DNA of 64,000 nucleotides from Octopus sinensis (GCF_006345805.1 NC_043023.1:930001-994000), one strand, 5' to 3'; positions 12,760 through 25,444 are shown, counted from the stretch's first letter. Notes: generated from the sequence alone by a model not told the origin. Made by a program: numbers and translations.

Positions 12760-13168
12760 CTCTTTTACTCTTTTACTGGCTTCAGTCATTTGACTGCGGC
12801 CATGCTGGAGCACCACCTTCTGTTGGATTAAACGACCTCAGGATTTATTCTTTGTAAGCCTAGTACTTATTCTATTGGTCTCTTTAGCCGAACCATTAGG
12901 TTACGGGGACATAAATACACCAGCATCAGTTGTCAAGCGATGTTGGGGGGACAGACACAGACACATGCACACATACATACACACATATATATATATATAT
13001 ATATACGACGGGCTTCTTTCTGTTTCCGTCTACCAAATCCACTCACAAGCCTTTGGTCAGCCCAAGGCTATATAGGAAGATACTTGCCCAAGGTGCCACA
13101 CAGTGGGACTGAACCCGGAACCATGTGATTCGTAAGCAAGTTACTTACCACACAGCCACTTCTGTGCA
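12760..13168 (-). mobile_element. SINE type A
   Basis: Full-length match to the family. Confidence 0.85.
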
Positions 13169-13741
13169 TATAATGATATAATATATCCATTAATCAATTA
13201 AAATTGCTTTGTAAACATCTGTAATGAATTGACACCTATCCATCATTTATTTTATACACACACATACACACATTTAGAGAGACAGACAGACATTTTATAT
13301 AAATACACTTTGTATATTTTATTCATTTTTTTGTAAGTAACTCTTTAACATTTGAAGCTGTTGAATTAGTTCCGTTTTGCATGATTTACCATCTAAATCA
13401 TTCGATATGACCTGGAGTTGTTCTGCTTATTTTTTTGGTATTTGTCTCATAATTCTTCATGAGGCAGTTTCAAGTTTTCTCAATTAACCCACAGCATTTC
13501 TACTATTTCACAGCAAACAGCATCTCTATTAAGTTGTTCTGTCTGCATCTTATATTTGAAAGTTCATTCCTGCTTTCTTAATGTCTAACAAATGTTTTGA
13601 TATTTACCATGCATCACAATATTTATAAGAGATTCCTTCATCAGTATTATAGCCTAAACAGTTCTTTTGAGGTAAGTTAAGTTGCTGCCATACCAGAGAA
13701 CAATGGTGCTTAAGTCTGATTTGATTTCTTTCTCCAAAAGA

Positions 13742-13957
13742 CTCTTTTACTCTTTTACTTGTTTCAGTCATTTGACTGTGGCCATGCTGGAGCACTGCCT
13801 TTAGTCGAGCAACTCGACCCCAGGACTTATTCTTTGTAAGCCCAGTACTTATTCTATCGGTATCTTTTGCTGAACTGCTAAGTGACAGGGACGTAAACAC
13901 ACCAGCATCGGTTGTCAAGCAATGCTAGGGGGACAAACACACATACACAAACATATA

Positions 13958-14003
<46 letters not shown>

Positions 14004-14121
14004 GTGCATATGTACGACAGGCTTCTTTCAGTTTCCGTCTACCAAATCCACTCAGTGGGACTGAACCCGGAACTATGTGGTTGGTAAACAAGCTACTTAC
14101 CACACAGCCACTCCTGCGCCT
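13742..14121 (-). mobile_element. SINE type A with internal deletion
   Basis: AAATCCACTCA joined directly to GTGGGACTGAACC. Confidence 0.8.
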
Positions 14122-14237
14122 GATAACAATCTCTCTCTCTCTCTCTTAATCTTCAAACAAGGTCTCCATTAACTTACTGGAATTGTTCTGTTTAACTTTT
14201 GTATTCAGAAGTTCATTTTGCTATCTTTATTATCATA

Positions 14238-14845
14238 TAGGTGCAGGAGTGGCTGTGTGGTAAGTAGCTTGCTTACCAACCACATGGTTCCGGGTTCAGT
14301 CCCACTGTGTGGCACCTTGGGCAAGTGTCTTCTACTATAGCCTTGGGCAAACCAAAGCCTTTTGAGTGGATTTAGTAGATGGAAACTGAAAGAAACCCGT
14401 TGTGTATATATATATATATATATATATAGGCGCAGGAGTGGCTGTGTGGTAAGTAGCTTGCTTACCAACCACATGGTTCCGGGTTCAGTCCCACTGTGTG
14501 GCACCTTAGGCAAGTGTTTTCTACTATAGCCTCGGGCCAACCAAAGCCTTGTGAGTGGATTTGGTAGACGGAAACTGAAAGAAGCCCGTCGTATATATGC
14601 ATATATATATATATGTGTGTGTGTGTGTATATGTTTGTGTGTCTGTGTTTGTCCCTCTAGCATTGCTTGACAACTGATGCTGGTGTGTTTATGTCCCCAT
14701 AACTTAGTGGTTCAGCAAAAGAGACCGATAGAATAAGTACTGGGCTTACAAGGAATAAGTACTGGGGTCGATTTGCTCGACTAAATGCAGTGCTCCAGCA
14801 TGGCCACAGTCAAATGACTGAAACAAGTAAAAGAGTAAAAGAGAA
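14238..14845 (+). mobile_element. Two SINE type A copies: 5' half at 14238-14400, then a full copy at 14428-14845
   Basis: Two successive tRNA heads, the second inside the (TA)n of the first. Confidence 0.8.
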
Positions 14846-15279
14846 TATAATATATCTTTTATTGTAAGGCAGTAAACTGGCAGAAATGTTAGCATGCCAG
14901 GCAAAATGCTTCTCAGTATTTCATCCGCTGTTACGCTCTGAGTTCAAATTCTGCCGAGGTCGACTTTGCCTTTCTTCCTTTCAGGGTCGATTAACTAAGT
15001 ACCAGTTGTGTACTAGGGTCAATCTAATCTACTTGCCCCCTCCCCAAAAATTTTAGGCCTTGTGGCTAGTGTAGAAAAGAATCTATTACTGTGTTTTGGT
15101 CATTAGCCTGTGGCCATGCAAGGGACATTGCTTTGAAGAATTTCAGTTGAGCTGATTGATCTCAGCACTTATTTTCCATTTAAGCTTCACACTCTGTTGG
15201 TCTCTTTTGCTAAAGACCCTAAGTTGCAGGGATATAAACACACCAACACTGGTTGTAAAGCCTGGTACTTATTCTCTCT

Positions 15280-15692
15280 CTTTTACTCTTTTACTTGTTT
15301 CAGTAATTTGACTGTGGCCATGCTGGAGCACCATCTTTAGTTGAGGAAATCAACCTCAGGACTTATTCTTTGTAAGCCTAGTACTTATTCTATCGGTCTC
15401 TTTCACTGAACTGCTAAGTTACAAGGACTTAAACACACCAGCATCGGTTATCAAGCAATGTTGGGGTGGACAAACACAGACACACAAACATATACACACA
15501 CACATACACATATATATACATATATATGATGGGCTTCTTTTCAGTTTCTGTCTACCAAATCCACTCACAAGGCTTTGGTCAGCCCGAGGCTATAGTTGAA
15601 GACACACATCCAAGGTGCCACACAGTGGGACTGAATCCGGAACCATGTGTCTGGTAAGCAAGCTACTTACGACACAGCCACCCCTGCACCTA
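15280..15692 (-). mobile_element. SINE type A
   Basis: Family match, nested within older copies. Confidence 0.8.
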
Positions 15693-16344
15693 TCAGTATC
15701 TTTTGCTGAACCACTAAGTTATGGGGACATAAACACACACACACCAGTTGTCAAACAGTGGTAGAGAAGAAACAAAGGCACACACACACACATATCTTTT
15801 ATCTTTTACTTGTTCAGTCAAATTGACTGTGGTCATCAGAAATTTGGATGTTATTTTAGCATGTGACTTACTGTGAAAGGGCCTGATCTGGGTGAGGATT
15901 AGGGGTAGGAATTCTTTGGAATTACAAATTGAAAATTCGGAAGGCCTCCTTATGTCTTCACATGTTCTTAATGAATTTCTGCAGTGAATCATACCTGTAA
16001 AATATTTTGGGAGTGATACTTATAATTTTCTTATTTTTCTGTTATTTTGGTATTTTTATTTACTTCCTCATTCTCTAATTACCAACTTTAATCCAGTAAC
16101 TTTTTCAACCATAAAGTCCTCAGATACTCTACCATGGTGTGTGTGTGTGTGTGTGTGTATCTATATAGATATGTATTCTTTTATTCTACTTGTTTCAGTC
16201 AATTGACAGCAGCCAGAGCACTGTATTAAAGGGCTTTTGAAGAAATCGACCCCAGGACTTATTCATTGTAAGCCTAGTACTTATTCTATCGGTGTCTTTT
16301 GCCGAACTGTTAAATTACAGGTACATAAACACACCAACATCAGT

Positions 16345-16898
16345 TATAACATTAAGTGTAATAACTATGGACCAAGTTATATTATACTTAATTTTATCTT
16401 CATTCGGGTGCCACATAAAATCGGCCAAAGACGTTGAATGTCACTTATTGATCTTCTTGAAGCTGGTGACATGGTTGCGATAACTATTCTTAAACGAATC
16501 AGCTGTTTGTCCAATGTAAACATACGGCCTTCCCCTTATGTGCATCGTACATTTATATACCACATTTGTACTCATACAGAGGTTCATCAATGGGCATTTT
16601 GATTTTTCTATGCATGAGCATTTATCATATTTATTTGTATACATGGCAGTTCTGACTTCATTTCCTGATGTTGCTGTGTTAGCTATATCTTAATTATTTC
16701 TACTATCACAATTTGGCCATATTTAGTGATTTTGATTATGGTTTACATCTCCTTCATTGGTATTTAGATGCGTATGTTTGCTAGATCCAATAGGGGGGTT
16801 ATTGAACAGTTGTTGCATTTTATCCTTGTTCATGACGTGCATATACTGCTTTAAATTAGCAGAGTTAGAATAGGATACCTTCACAGTGTGCCGATTAT
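16345..16898 (-). mobile_element. Penelope-like element remnant: end of RT, Cys linker and GIY-YIG endonuclease (decayed)
   Basis: NRHTVKVSYSNSANLK, then CSCIEKSKCPLMNLCMSTNVVYKCTM...YVYIGQTADSFKNSYRNHVTSFK, typical of Neptune-type PLE VVY-YIG...FK.RY.NH. Confidence 0.8.
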
Positions 16899-17164
16899 AT
16901 ATGTACATTCATATATAGATGTATGTATAGGCATGTACATATATATATAGACACACACACATATATATATATATACAAATTAGTAAATAAATGGCACAAC
17001 TAAGTACCGATATTTACTGGAAATAGCGAACATAAAAATACGACGCTAATGTGTAGCTTCACCGCGTATGTATTAGCAAAAATGCGTGTGTGCAACAAAT
17101 TAGAGAAAAAACCGACTTACCTCCAGGGAGAACATCTGAAAGATGAAACACCCGGAAAAGAATA

Positions 17165-17242
17165 ATGTGGGACCTCCAGGTTTCAGGTTTTACAAGATAT
17201 GTCTCTCACCCATATTTTGTTTTACCTTCATCAGCCAAGCAT
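17165..17242 (-). ncRNA. Type I hammerhead ribozyme motif
   Basis: AUGcuUGG CUGAUGA AGGU...ACCU GAAA CCUggAGG UC CCACAU; intact core and GUC cleavage triplet. Confidence 0.75.
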
Positions 17243-17345
17243 ATACCAAGACGAAATCTACGATGTTACCACATTAATACTATCACACTCGACTGAAATG
17301 CAGAACGCTAACAGTACGAGAAACGGTGAAGAAGTTTCAAAATAT

Positions 17346-17502
17346 ATGTAGGTCCCGGGTTGAGTCGGGGTTAACCACAGTAAATAAGGTACTCAATACA
17401 TGGCAGAGTAAATTAATTTATTTATAGAGGAGCTTCTACAGGACTAGAACTGTTTCATTGAATGAAACAGTTCTAGTCTGTGTAGAAAGCTCCTTCTATA
17501 AT
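17346..17502. repeat. Fold-back element with terminal palindrome (17423-17500); relative at 40590-40705
   Basis: GGACTAGAACTGTTTCATT g AATGAAACAGTTCTAGTC; GTAGGTCCCGGGTTGAGTCGGGGTTAACCACAGTAAATAAGGTACTCAATA recurs inverted at 40650-40705. Confidence 0.7.
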
Positions 17503-17530
17503 ATAAATTATATTATATATATAGGATTGC

Positions 17531-17562
<32 letters not shown>

Positions 17563-18532
17563 GGCATGTGTATATATATATATATATTATATATATATAT
17601 ATATATATAGGCATGTGTATGTATTATATATAGGCATGTGTGTATATATATATATGTATGTATACATGTGTATGTGATGGGCTTCCATGCAGTTTTCATG
17701 TGCCAATTCACTCAGAATGCATTGGTTGGCCCTAATCTAGAGTAGAAGACAACCTGCCTAAGATGCCAGGCATTGAGACTGAACCTAAAATCACTTGGTT
17801 GTAAAGCAACCTCCTTAACCACACAGCCAGACCTGTGGCCTTACATCCATGTATCATCATCATCATCATAATCATTTAACATCTGTTGTCCATGCTGGCT
17901 GGCATGGGCTGGACAGTTTGACCTGGGCTGGCAAGCTGAGGGGCTCCACCAGATCCCAGTCTGATACATTCATGAAACTGGATCTTCTTTGAATTGCATA
18001 TTCTTGGAATTTTTTCGAAAAATGAAGAACTTCCTATAATGAATTCTTTCGTCTTCTACACGTATTTATTTAATGCCTTCCGATGGTGATTCATTTCAAA
18101 GATGAAACCATTTGGGTGCAGTTTGTTATTATAAAGAGAATATCTGCTCCATACTTAGCTGCATGGAGACCAGCTCAGCTTTTGTAATGTAATTCTTTTC
18201 CCCAGTTTACTTGCTTCAGTCATTGGAATACGGCCATGCTGGGGCACCACCTTGAAAGGTTTGTTTTTCAAGTGAATCGACCCCAGTAATTATGTTTTCT
18301 TAAAGTCTGGTACTTGATCTATCAGCATCTTTTTAACAAACTCCTAAGTTACAGGGACATAAACAAACCAACCCTGGTCAGTGGTTAGGGACAAGTAGAC
18401 ACAAAGACATGTACACACACACACACATATTCACAGGCATATTAAGGCTTGTTTTTGTGGTCAGTTATAATAAGAACAATTTTACATTAATCTGAGGGGT
18501 TTCTCTATACATTTGTAGAGTACTTAGTCATT

Positions 18533-18674
18533 GTTCCTATACAAGGATGTATTTGTCAGTGACTTCGAAGTTTTAGCCATCTAAGCCATCATCAGATGAT
18601 GGCTAGGCAGTCTGATGATGTCTCAGCTGGCCAAAACTTCAAAGTCACTGTAAAAAGATATTCTTGTATAAGAA
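18533..18674. repeat. Palindrome whose two arms are degenerate hammerheads
   Basis: Plus arm CAGU CUGAUGA...GCC AAAA CUUCAAAG UC ACUG (18608-18650); minus arm keeps ACUUCGAAGU; G12 changed to A in both. Confidence 0.6.
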
Positions 18675-18891
18675 TATATATATATATATTCTTTTATTCT
18701 TTTGCTTCTTTCAGTCGTTTGACTATGGCCATGCTGGAGCACCGCCTTTAGTCAAGCAATTGACCCCAGGACTTATTCTTTGTAAGCTTAGTACTTATTT
18801 TATCAGTCTCTTTTGCTGAACCACTAGGTTATGGGGATATAAACATACCAATATCGGTTGTCAAGTGATAGTGGGGATGGGGGGCAAACAT

Positions 18892-18925
<34 letters not shown>

Positions 18926-18959
18926 CCATATGTATATATATGTATACACACACATGCAC

Positions 18960-19075
18960 ACGCAGGCATCATACAATCTGTCTTTTACTCTGAGAGAGAG
19001 GCCCTTTTGTTGCCAGCAGAGGTAGGAGCTCCCTGAACTTTGTGCACATAATCTTATTCTCCCAGCCATGTTCTC
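18960..19075 (-). mobile_element. RTE reverse transcriptase fragment
   Basis: KFRELLPLL.../KGLSLRVKDRLYDACV, frameshifted. Confidence 0.65.
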
Positions 19076-19169
19076 AGAGCACCCATCTCCGCTATTATAT
19101 GTTGGGTTGTTGGTATGGCTGTTTTTGTATATGTAGAATAGTGTTATAACACATCCTTTTGATATGTAT

Positions 19170-19532
19170 ATTGAGTGTGATTGTTACCAGCGTCGCCTTA
19201 CTGGCACTTGTGCTGGTGGCATGTGAAAAACAACATTCGAGCAAAGTTGTTGCCAGTGCCGCTGGACTGGCTCCTGTGCAGGTGGCACATAAAAAATACC
19301 ATTTGAGCGTGACCGTTGCCAGTACCGCCTGACTGGCTCTCGTGCTGGTGGCACATAAAAACACCCACTACACTCAAGGAGTAGTTGGCGTTAGAAAGAG
19401 CATCCAGCTGTAGAAACTCTGCGAGACCAGATTGGAGCCTGGTGCAGCCATCTGGCTTGCCAGTCCTCAGTCAAACCGTCCAACCCATACTAGCATGGAA
19501 AGCGAACGTTAAACAATGATGATGATGATGAT
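19170..19532 (+). mobile_element. RTE LINE 3'UTR fragment (variant subfamily)
   Basis: Internal ~60 bp repeats, GGCGTTAGAAAGAGCATCCAGCTGTAGAAAC and (GAT)n tail. Confidence 0.7.
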
Positions 19533-19926
19533 TTATAAAATTATTAAGGTGGCTAGATGCAAATTAATGCCAAAAGGAAAATTTAATTGTCACTAAAAGT
19601 GACTAGGGTGCAAGTCTGCCTTGACATTGCTAGAAATAAGAGTCAAATAACTCTTCACCACAAACATGGAAACTGTTATATACACACATATATAAGGCAG
19701 AGAGCTGGCAGAAACATCAGCACGCCAGGCAAAATACTTATTGGTATTTTGTCTGCTGTTACATTGAGTTCAAATTCCACCAAGGTCGACATTGCCTTTC
19801 ATCCTTTTGGGGTCGATTAAATACGTAACAGTTATGTACTGGGGTCGATGTAATCGACTTAATCCCCTTGTCCTTGTTTGTCCCCTCAATGTTTAGCCCC
19901 CTGTGGGAAACAAAGACATATATATT

Positions 19927-19959
<33 letters not shown>

Positions 19960-20799
19960 GTAAAAGATTAATGCATGCATTACATAAATATTTTCAGGAT
20001 AAAATAAAAGGACAATAAATGGAAAATTTGACATACCTGTATATATAATTCAAAAAGTCAGCGTGTGTGTTTGTCCTCCTACTTGACGACCAGTGTTGGT
20101 GTGTTTACATCCCCATGACTTAGCGGTTCAGCAAGAGAGATTAACAGAATAAGTACCAGGCTTAAAAAAAGAAATGTCTCAGGGTCAATTTGTTTGACTA
20201 AAACTCTTCAAGTTTGTGCTCCAGCATGGCCACAGGCAAATGATTGAAACAAGTAGAAGATCACATGTTCCTGGGTTTGGTCCCACTGCATGGTACCTGG
20301 GGCAAGGGTCTTCTACTGGGGTAGCAATGTACCTTCTCTACAGCAGGATGTCAATGTCTATCCATTTCTTATAATTGAACCTCTTATCACCTGATACAAA
20401 ACTACCTCTCTTCATATTACTTACCCCGCTCCGCCCAGTCAAGGGATTTTGGCTCACAAATTACCTGGTGACCTCAACAGTGCTGGTGCCATTGAAAAAG
20501 CACCCAGTACACTTGGGGAAAGGATTAGCACTGGGAACGGCATGCATCCGTAAAAACCCTGCTAATGCAGGGGACAGGGTCTGGTGCAGTTCTCTTTGGT
20601 TTGCCAGCGCCAATCAAACCGTCCAACCTATGCAAGCATGAAAAACAGATGTTAAATTATAATGAGGATGATGATGATGATGATACTGATAATGACGACG
20701 ATCATACACACACAAACACACACAAACACACACAAACACATACACACATATATATATTGTAATTAAAAATGCAAAAGCAACATTAAACATACATATTTA

Positions 20800-21212
20800 T
20801 AGGCGCAGGAGTGGCTGTGTGGTAAGTAGCTTGCTAACCAACCACATGGTTCCAGGTTCAGTCCCACTGCGTGGCATCTTGGGCAAGTGTCTTCTGCTAT
20901 AACCCCGGGCCGACCAAAGCCTTGTGAGTGGATTTGGTAGACGGAAACTGAAAGAAGCCCGTCGTATATATATATGTATATATATATGTGTGTGTGTGTT
21001 TGTGTGTCTGTGTTGGTTCCCCTAGCATTGCTTGACAACCGATGCTGGTGTGTTTATGTCCCCGTTACTTAGCGGTTCGGCAAAAGAGACCGATAGGATA
21101 AGTACTGGGCTTACAAAAAGAATAAGTCCCGGGGTCGATTTGCTCGATTAAAGGCGGTGCTCCAGCATGGCCGCAGTCAAATGACTGAAACAAGCAAAAG
21201 AGTAAAAAGAGT
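20800..21212 (+). mobile_element. SINE type A, young full-length copy
   Basis: CpG-rich and close to the family consensus. Confidence 0.9.
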
Positions 21213-21799
21213 ATAAGCTAAAAACAAGACGTGTTTTCACTGGGAACGTTAAAAGCTGGAAGCGGTTTATGTTAGACCAAGGGCTTTGATCATTTTACAC
21301 ACCCAAATCTCTGTAATAAAATTGTAATTAATTAATCAAACTTGATATGTTTTAATTAGCGGAAATATATGTAACGGGATATACATTCATAAATACTTTA
21401 TTGAGTTTCTTGTATACTTAAGTTTTATTTTGGGGATCCGCACCGCATGTGATTTTGGGGATAGGATGTATACAGGGTGTGTGTGTGTGTGTGTTTCTGT
21501 ATGTTTGCGTGCTTATATACTATCGTGTGTGTGTTTTATATATATGTTGTGTGTGTGGGAGTATTTATCAGTAGAGTTTTGTGCCTCTCTCTATTTCTTT
21601 CTTCCTCTGTGTATGTATGAGTAAACATTAAAACTAGCCCTCGGTGGGTTATGAACTCATGGTTTTATGTTTGTGAGACACATACCCTAACCACTAACCC
21701 ATGTGCTTTATCTTGTGTGTGTGTGTGTGTGTTGTAAGTGTATCGTATATCCCAAAAAAGAAGCTCTCTCTAAACCATAGAACAGTAATGTATCTATAG

Positions 21800-22258
21800 G
21801 CAGTTAAGTCTATGCCTGGTCATATATATGCAAAATCGTTGGTCACTCTATGGAGTGACCAACTATTTTGCATCCATAAAGGGATTAGCCCCATGGTCAG
21901 CTCATCTGACTTTAAAGCCAAAGGCATATAATCCGTAACAGATTCCTACTTTCCAGAGTTGAAGAATTATATGCTTTCAGCTTTCGAGGCTGACGAATTG
22001 TCCATGGGGCTGAGTCGAATAAGGAAGCAAAACCATTGGTCACTTTATGACTGGACATATACTGTACTGCATATATATATATATAAGCTTCGTACTGCTT
22101 GGACATTAATTCAATATGGAAGAGATAGGTCTTGTTTTTACTTTCCCCCTTAAAATAATTATATATAATTATTAATTTAATTTATAAATTGCATATTTCC
22201 ATGCTGACTATCTGATATTTATAATTAACATGATTTTTATCCGTATTTTATGAGTATA

Positions 22259-22300
<42 letters not shown>

Positions 22301-22912
22301 GTATATGTATATATATATACTTTATAATTAGGGTTCAGCAAAGATTTGCTTTACCACATACCGAAGTTTAGAAATAGCAGCCAAAGAGCCTTAGCTATTT
22401 CCTCTAATTTTAGCCTTTGTTATTATGTATATATGTATATATATATGTAACAATTAATAAGAGGAATGACCATTAAAGTAGATTCCTAATATGCTAAAGA
22501 TAGAAGTCAAATCGCCTTACCATGAAGAGCATTTAAAGTCAGACGAGCTGTCCATGGAGCTAAGCCCAATCATCATCAACATCATCATCATCATCATCAT
22601 CGTTTAACGTCTGCTTTCCATGCTAGCATGGGTTGGACGGTTCAACTGGGGTCTGGGAAGCCAGAAGGCTGCACCAGGCTCCAGTCTGATCTGGCAGTGT
22701 TTCTACAGCTGGATACCCTTCCTAATGCCAACCACTCTGTGAGTGTAGTGGCTGCTTTTTATGTGCCACCAACACAGGTGCCAGACGAGGCTGGCGAACG
22801 GCCACACTCAGATGGTGTTTTTTACGTGCCACCAGCATGGAGGCCAGGCGAGCTGGATGGATGCAAAATCATTGGTCACTCTATGACCAGACATAGACTT
22901 AACTACATATAT
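21800..22912. mobile_element. Cluster of three degenerate copies of one hammerhead-bearing repeat, one split by an RTE 3'UTR (22570-22850)
   Basis: Consensus from copies at ~21862-21915 (-), 21985-22045 (+) and 22535-22882 (+): AAAGU CUGACGA GC..UCCAU...AUGGA.GC (G)AAA CCAUUGG UC ACUUU. Confidence 0.5.
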
Positions 22913-23192
22913 ATATATATCGATTATCTAAAACTTGTTCCAGTCATTTGACTGTGGCCATGCTGGAGCACCACCTCAAAGGATTTTAATCAAACTAATC
23001 GACCCCAGAACTTCTTTTCTTCAGCTTAGCACTTACGCTATTGGGTTCTTTTTGCCAAACTGCCAAGTTACAGGGACATAAACACACCAACACCAGTTTT
23101 GAAGCAGTGATGGAGGAACAAATAGAGACACAAAAACACACACAACATACATATACACATAGATACATACATAAATATAATATATATATATA

Positions 23193-23720
23193 CTCTCAAA
23201 CCGCTAATAGTTGTAATTCTGAAATTTTTTCTAGAATTTTTTGCTACCCTTATATTTATTAATTAATGATTTTTTGGCTAATTTTGAAATTAATTCAGCA
23301 GTTTATTTTTGCTGCTGAGAAGACCGCACGATTGCGGTAGATTTTGAAAATTTATAGCATATAGACTTGAGGCTTCCTTACCATCGCCTCGTGGATATAT
23401 GTTCGTCCTTGGCTTCTCTGCTGATGAGGCACGCCAGTTGTAAATAAATTTAATTTAACTAATTTGTTTACTAAAGTTTGCCGAAACTATGCATAGTCCA
23501 GAGATGAAAGGGTAAACGTTTTTATGTCTCTTTCAATTTCAGAATTACAACTATTTAGCGGTTTGAGTTTGGCTGGTCTTTCTAGTGAGTCGAATGTCCT
23601 ATTATGGCCATTCCTTATATTGTTGAATGTATATTATATAGTCTTTGACTATCTTTTCTCTCTCACTGGACCGCTGGTAGCGGAGAATTTTTTCTAGAAT
23701 TTTTTGCTACCCTTATGTTT
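23193..23720 (+). mobile_element. Non-coding Penelope pLTR/retrozyme-like element (~530 bp)
   Basis: 5' end 23193-23226 is an inverted copy of 23536-23568; 23223-23256 is directly repeated at 23686-23720; (TA)n flanks; contains an intact hammerhead. Confidence 0.7.
23415..23504 (+). ncRNA. Type I hammerhead ribozyme, canonical core
   Basis: UCUCUG CUGAUGA GGCA...UGCC GAAA CUAUGCAUAG UC CAGAGA; helix I 6 bp, helix III palindrome ACUAUGCAUAGU, predicted cleavage after C23498. Confidence 0.88.
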
Positions 23721-23731
23721 ATTATATATAT

Positions 23732-23734
<3 letters not shown>

Positions 23735-23773
<39 letters not shown>

Positions 23774-24432
23774 GTTTAACGTCCGCTTTCCATGCTAGCA
23801 TGGGTTGGACGGTTCAACTGGGGTCTGGGGAGCCCGAAGGCTTCACCAGGCCAGTCAGATCTGGCAGTGTTTCTACAGCTGGATGCCCTTCCTAACGCCA
23901 ACCACTCCGTGAGTGTAGTGGGTGATTTTATGTGCCATCGACACAGGTGCCAGACGAGGCTGGCGAACGGCCACACTCGGATGGTGTTTTTTTATGTGCC
24001 ACCGACACAGGTGCCAGACGAGGCTGGCGGACAGCCACGCTTGGATGGTGTTTTTTATGTGCCACCGACACAGGTGCCAGACGAGGCTGGCGAATGGCCA
24101 CGATCGGATGGTGTTTGTTACATGCCCACAGCACGGAGGCCAGTCGATGCGGTACTGGCTATGGCCACGTTCGGATGGTTTTCTTATGTGCCACCGGCAC
24201 TGGTACCACAAAGATACAAATTCCATTGATGTTCATCTATTTTGAGTTGGTGTGATTTTCACTTGCCTCAACAGGTCTTCACAAGTGTCCCAAGAAGGAA
24301 GGTATGCACAGGTGGACTGACTATGTCCCAGGTAGGTGCCACAGGTTATGGCCTCACTAGTCTTGCCGGATCTTCTCACGCACAGCATACTTCCATAGGT
24401 CTCGGTCTCTAGTCATTTCCTTGGTGAGACCT
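23735..24432 (-). mobile_element. 5'-truncated RTE-clade LINE (ORF end, long 3'UTR with ~61 bp tandem units, (GAT)n tail)
   Basis: Minus strand GLTKEMTRDRDLWKYAVREKIRQD* matches the RTE C-terminal xDRxxWR motif. Confidence 0.75.
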
Positions 24433-24478
24433 ATATCTATATAAGAAGGTTTGCAGATGATGTACAAGTATTATATAT

Positions 24479-24629
24479 TAGAAGAAATAAGGTACTCAGA
24501 AATCTGGATGGTTTTATATTTACAGATATTTATTAGTATGTTACATGTTTTTATTAAAAAAATGTGATATATTAATAAAAATCTGTAAATATAAAACCAT
24601 CCAGATTTCTGAGTACCTTATTTCTTCTA
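24479..24629. repeat. Near-perfect palindrome, ~70 bp arms
   Basis: TAGAAGAAATAAGGTACTCAGAAATCTGGATGG... / ...CCATCCAGATTTCTGAGTACCTTATTTCTTCTA. Confidence 0.9.
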
Positions 24630-24850
24630 CTCTTTACTCTTTACTCTTTTACTTGTTTCAATCATGTGACTGGCCATGCTAGAGCACCACCTTTTAGTCA
24701 ATCAAATCGACCCCAGGACTTATTCTTTGTAAGCCTAGTACTTATTTTATCGGTCTCTTTTTGCCGAACCACTAACTTACGGGGACGTATACACACCAGC
24801 ATCAGTTGTCAAGCAATGCTAGGGGGACAAACACAGACACACAAACACAC

Positions 24851-24882
<32 letters not shown>

Positions 24883-25068
24883 TATATATATACATACATA
24901 TGTACGACAGGCTTCTTTCAGTTTCCGTCTACCAAATCCACTCACATGGCTTTGGTCGGCCCAAGGCTATAGTAGAAGACACTTACCCAAGGTGCCACGC
25001 AGTGGGCCTGAACCCAGAACCATGTGGTTCGTAAGCAAGCTACTTACCACACAGCCACTCCTGCGCCT
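24630..25068 (-). mobile_element. SINE type A
   Basis: Family match. Confidence 0.85.
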
Positions 25069-25444
25069 CTCTCTCTCTCTTTCTCTCTCTCTCCTCTCTA
25101 TATATATATATATATTATATATATATATATCATGGACTCTCCCATTGTTAAATAATATGAGAGTTCAGAAATTTCTCACTGAACAACCACACAGATGATT
25201 TGTTTATAGGGGTCAAAAGTTTATATTCACTTAAGCTCACTCTCCCTCCATCAACTCATCATTATCTGTACATTTCATCACTGGATATGTGGTACCGTGT
25301 GCCACATATCCAATGATGAAACAATCAGAGTGCAACATGAACAGAAGTGGTTTGAACAAGAACACAACACAATACCCTGTTTGGGAATTGAATCCACGAT
25401 CTTGCAGCTGTGAGTGAAACACTCTAACCACCAAGCCATGCACC

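Noticed and set aside
13330-14235. Complex sequence that looks like decayed coding DNA (also 15840-16010, 17970-18190, 57140-57520)
   Set aside because: Short or interrupted frames and no motif I can recognise
17117-17140. Minus-strand micro-exon CAG|ATGTTCTCCCTGGAG|GTAAGT
   Set aside because: Lies inside a hammerhead-bearing repeat unit and has no supporting evidence
23312-23360. CUGAGAAGA followed by a CCGCA..UGCGG hairpin as a second ribozyme
   Set aside because: Core spacing is wrong and GAAA is not adjacent to the helix
23915-24205. Repeat-spacer pattern superficially like a CRISPR array
   Set aside because: Spacers are homologous to each other, there are no cas genes, and the context is a eukaryotic LINE 3'UTR
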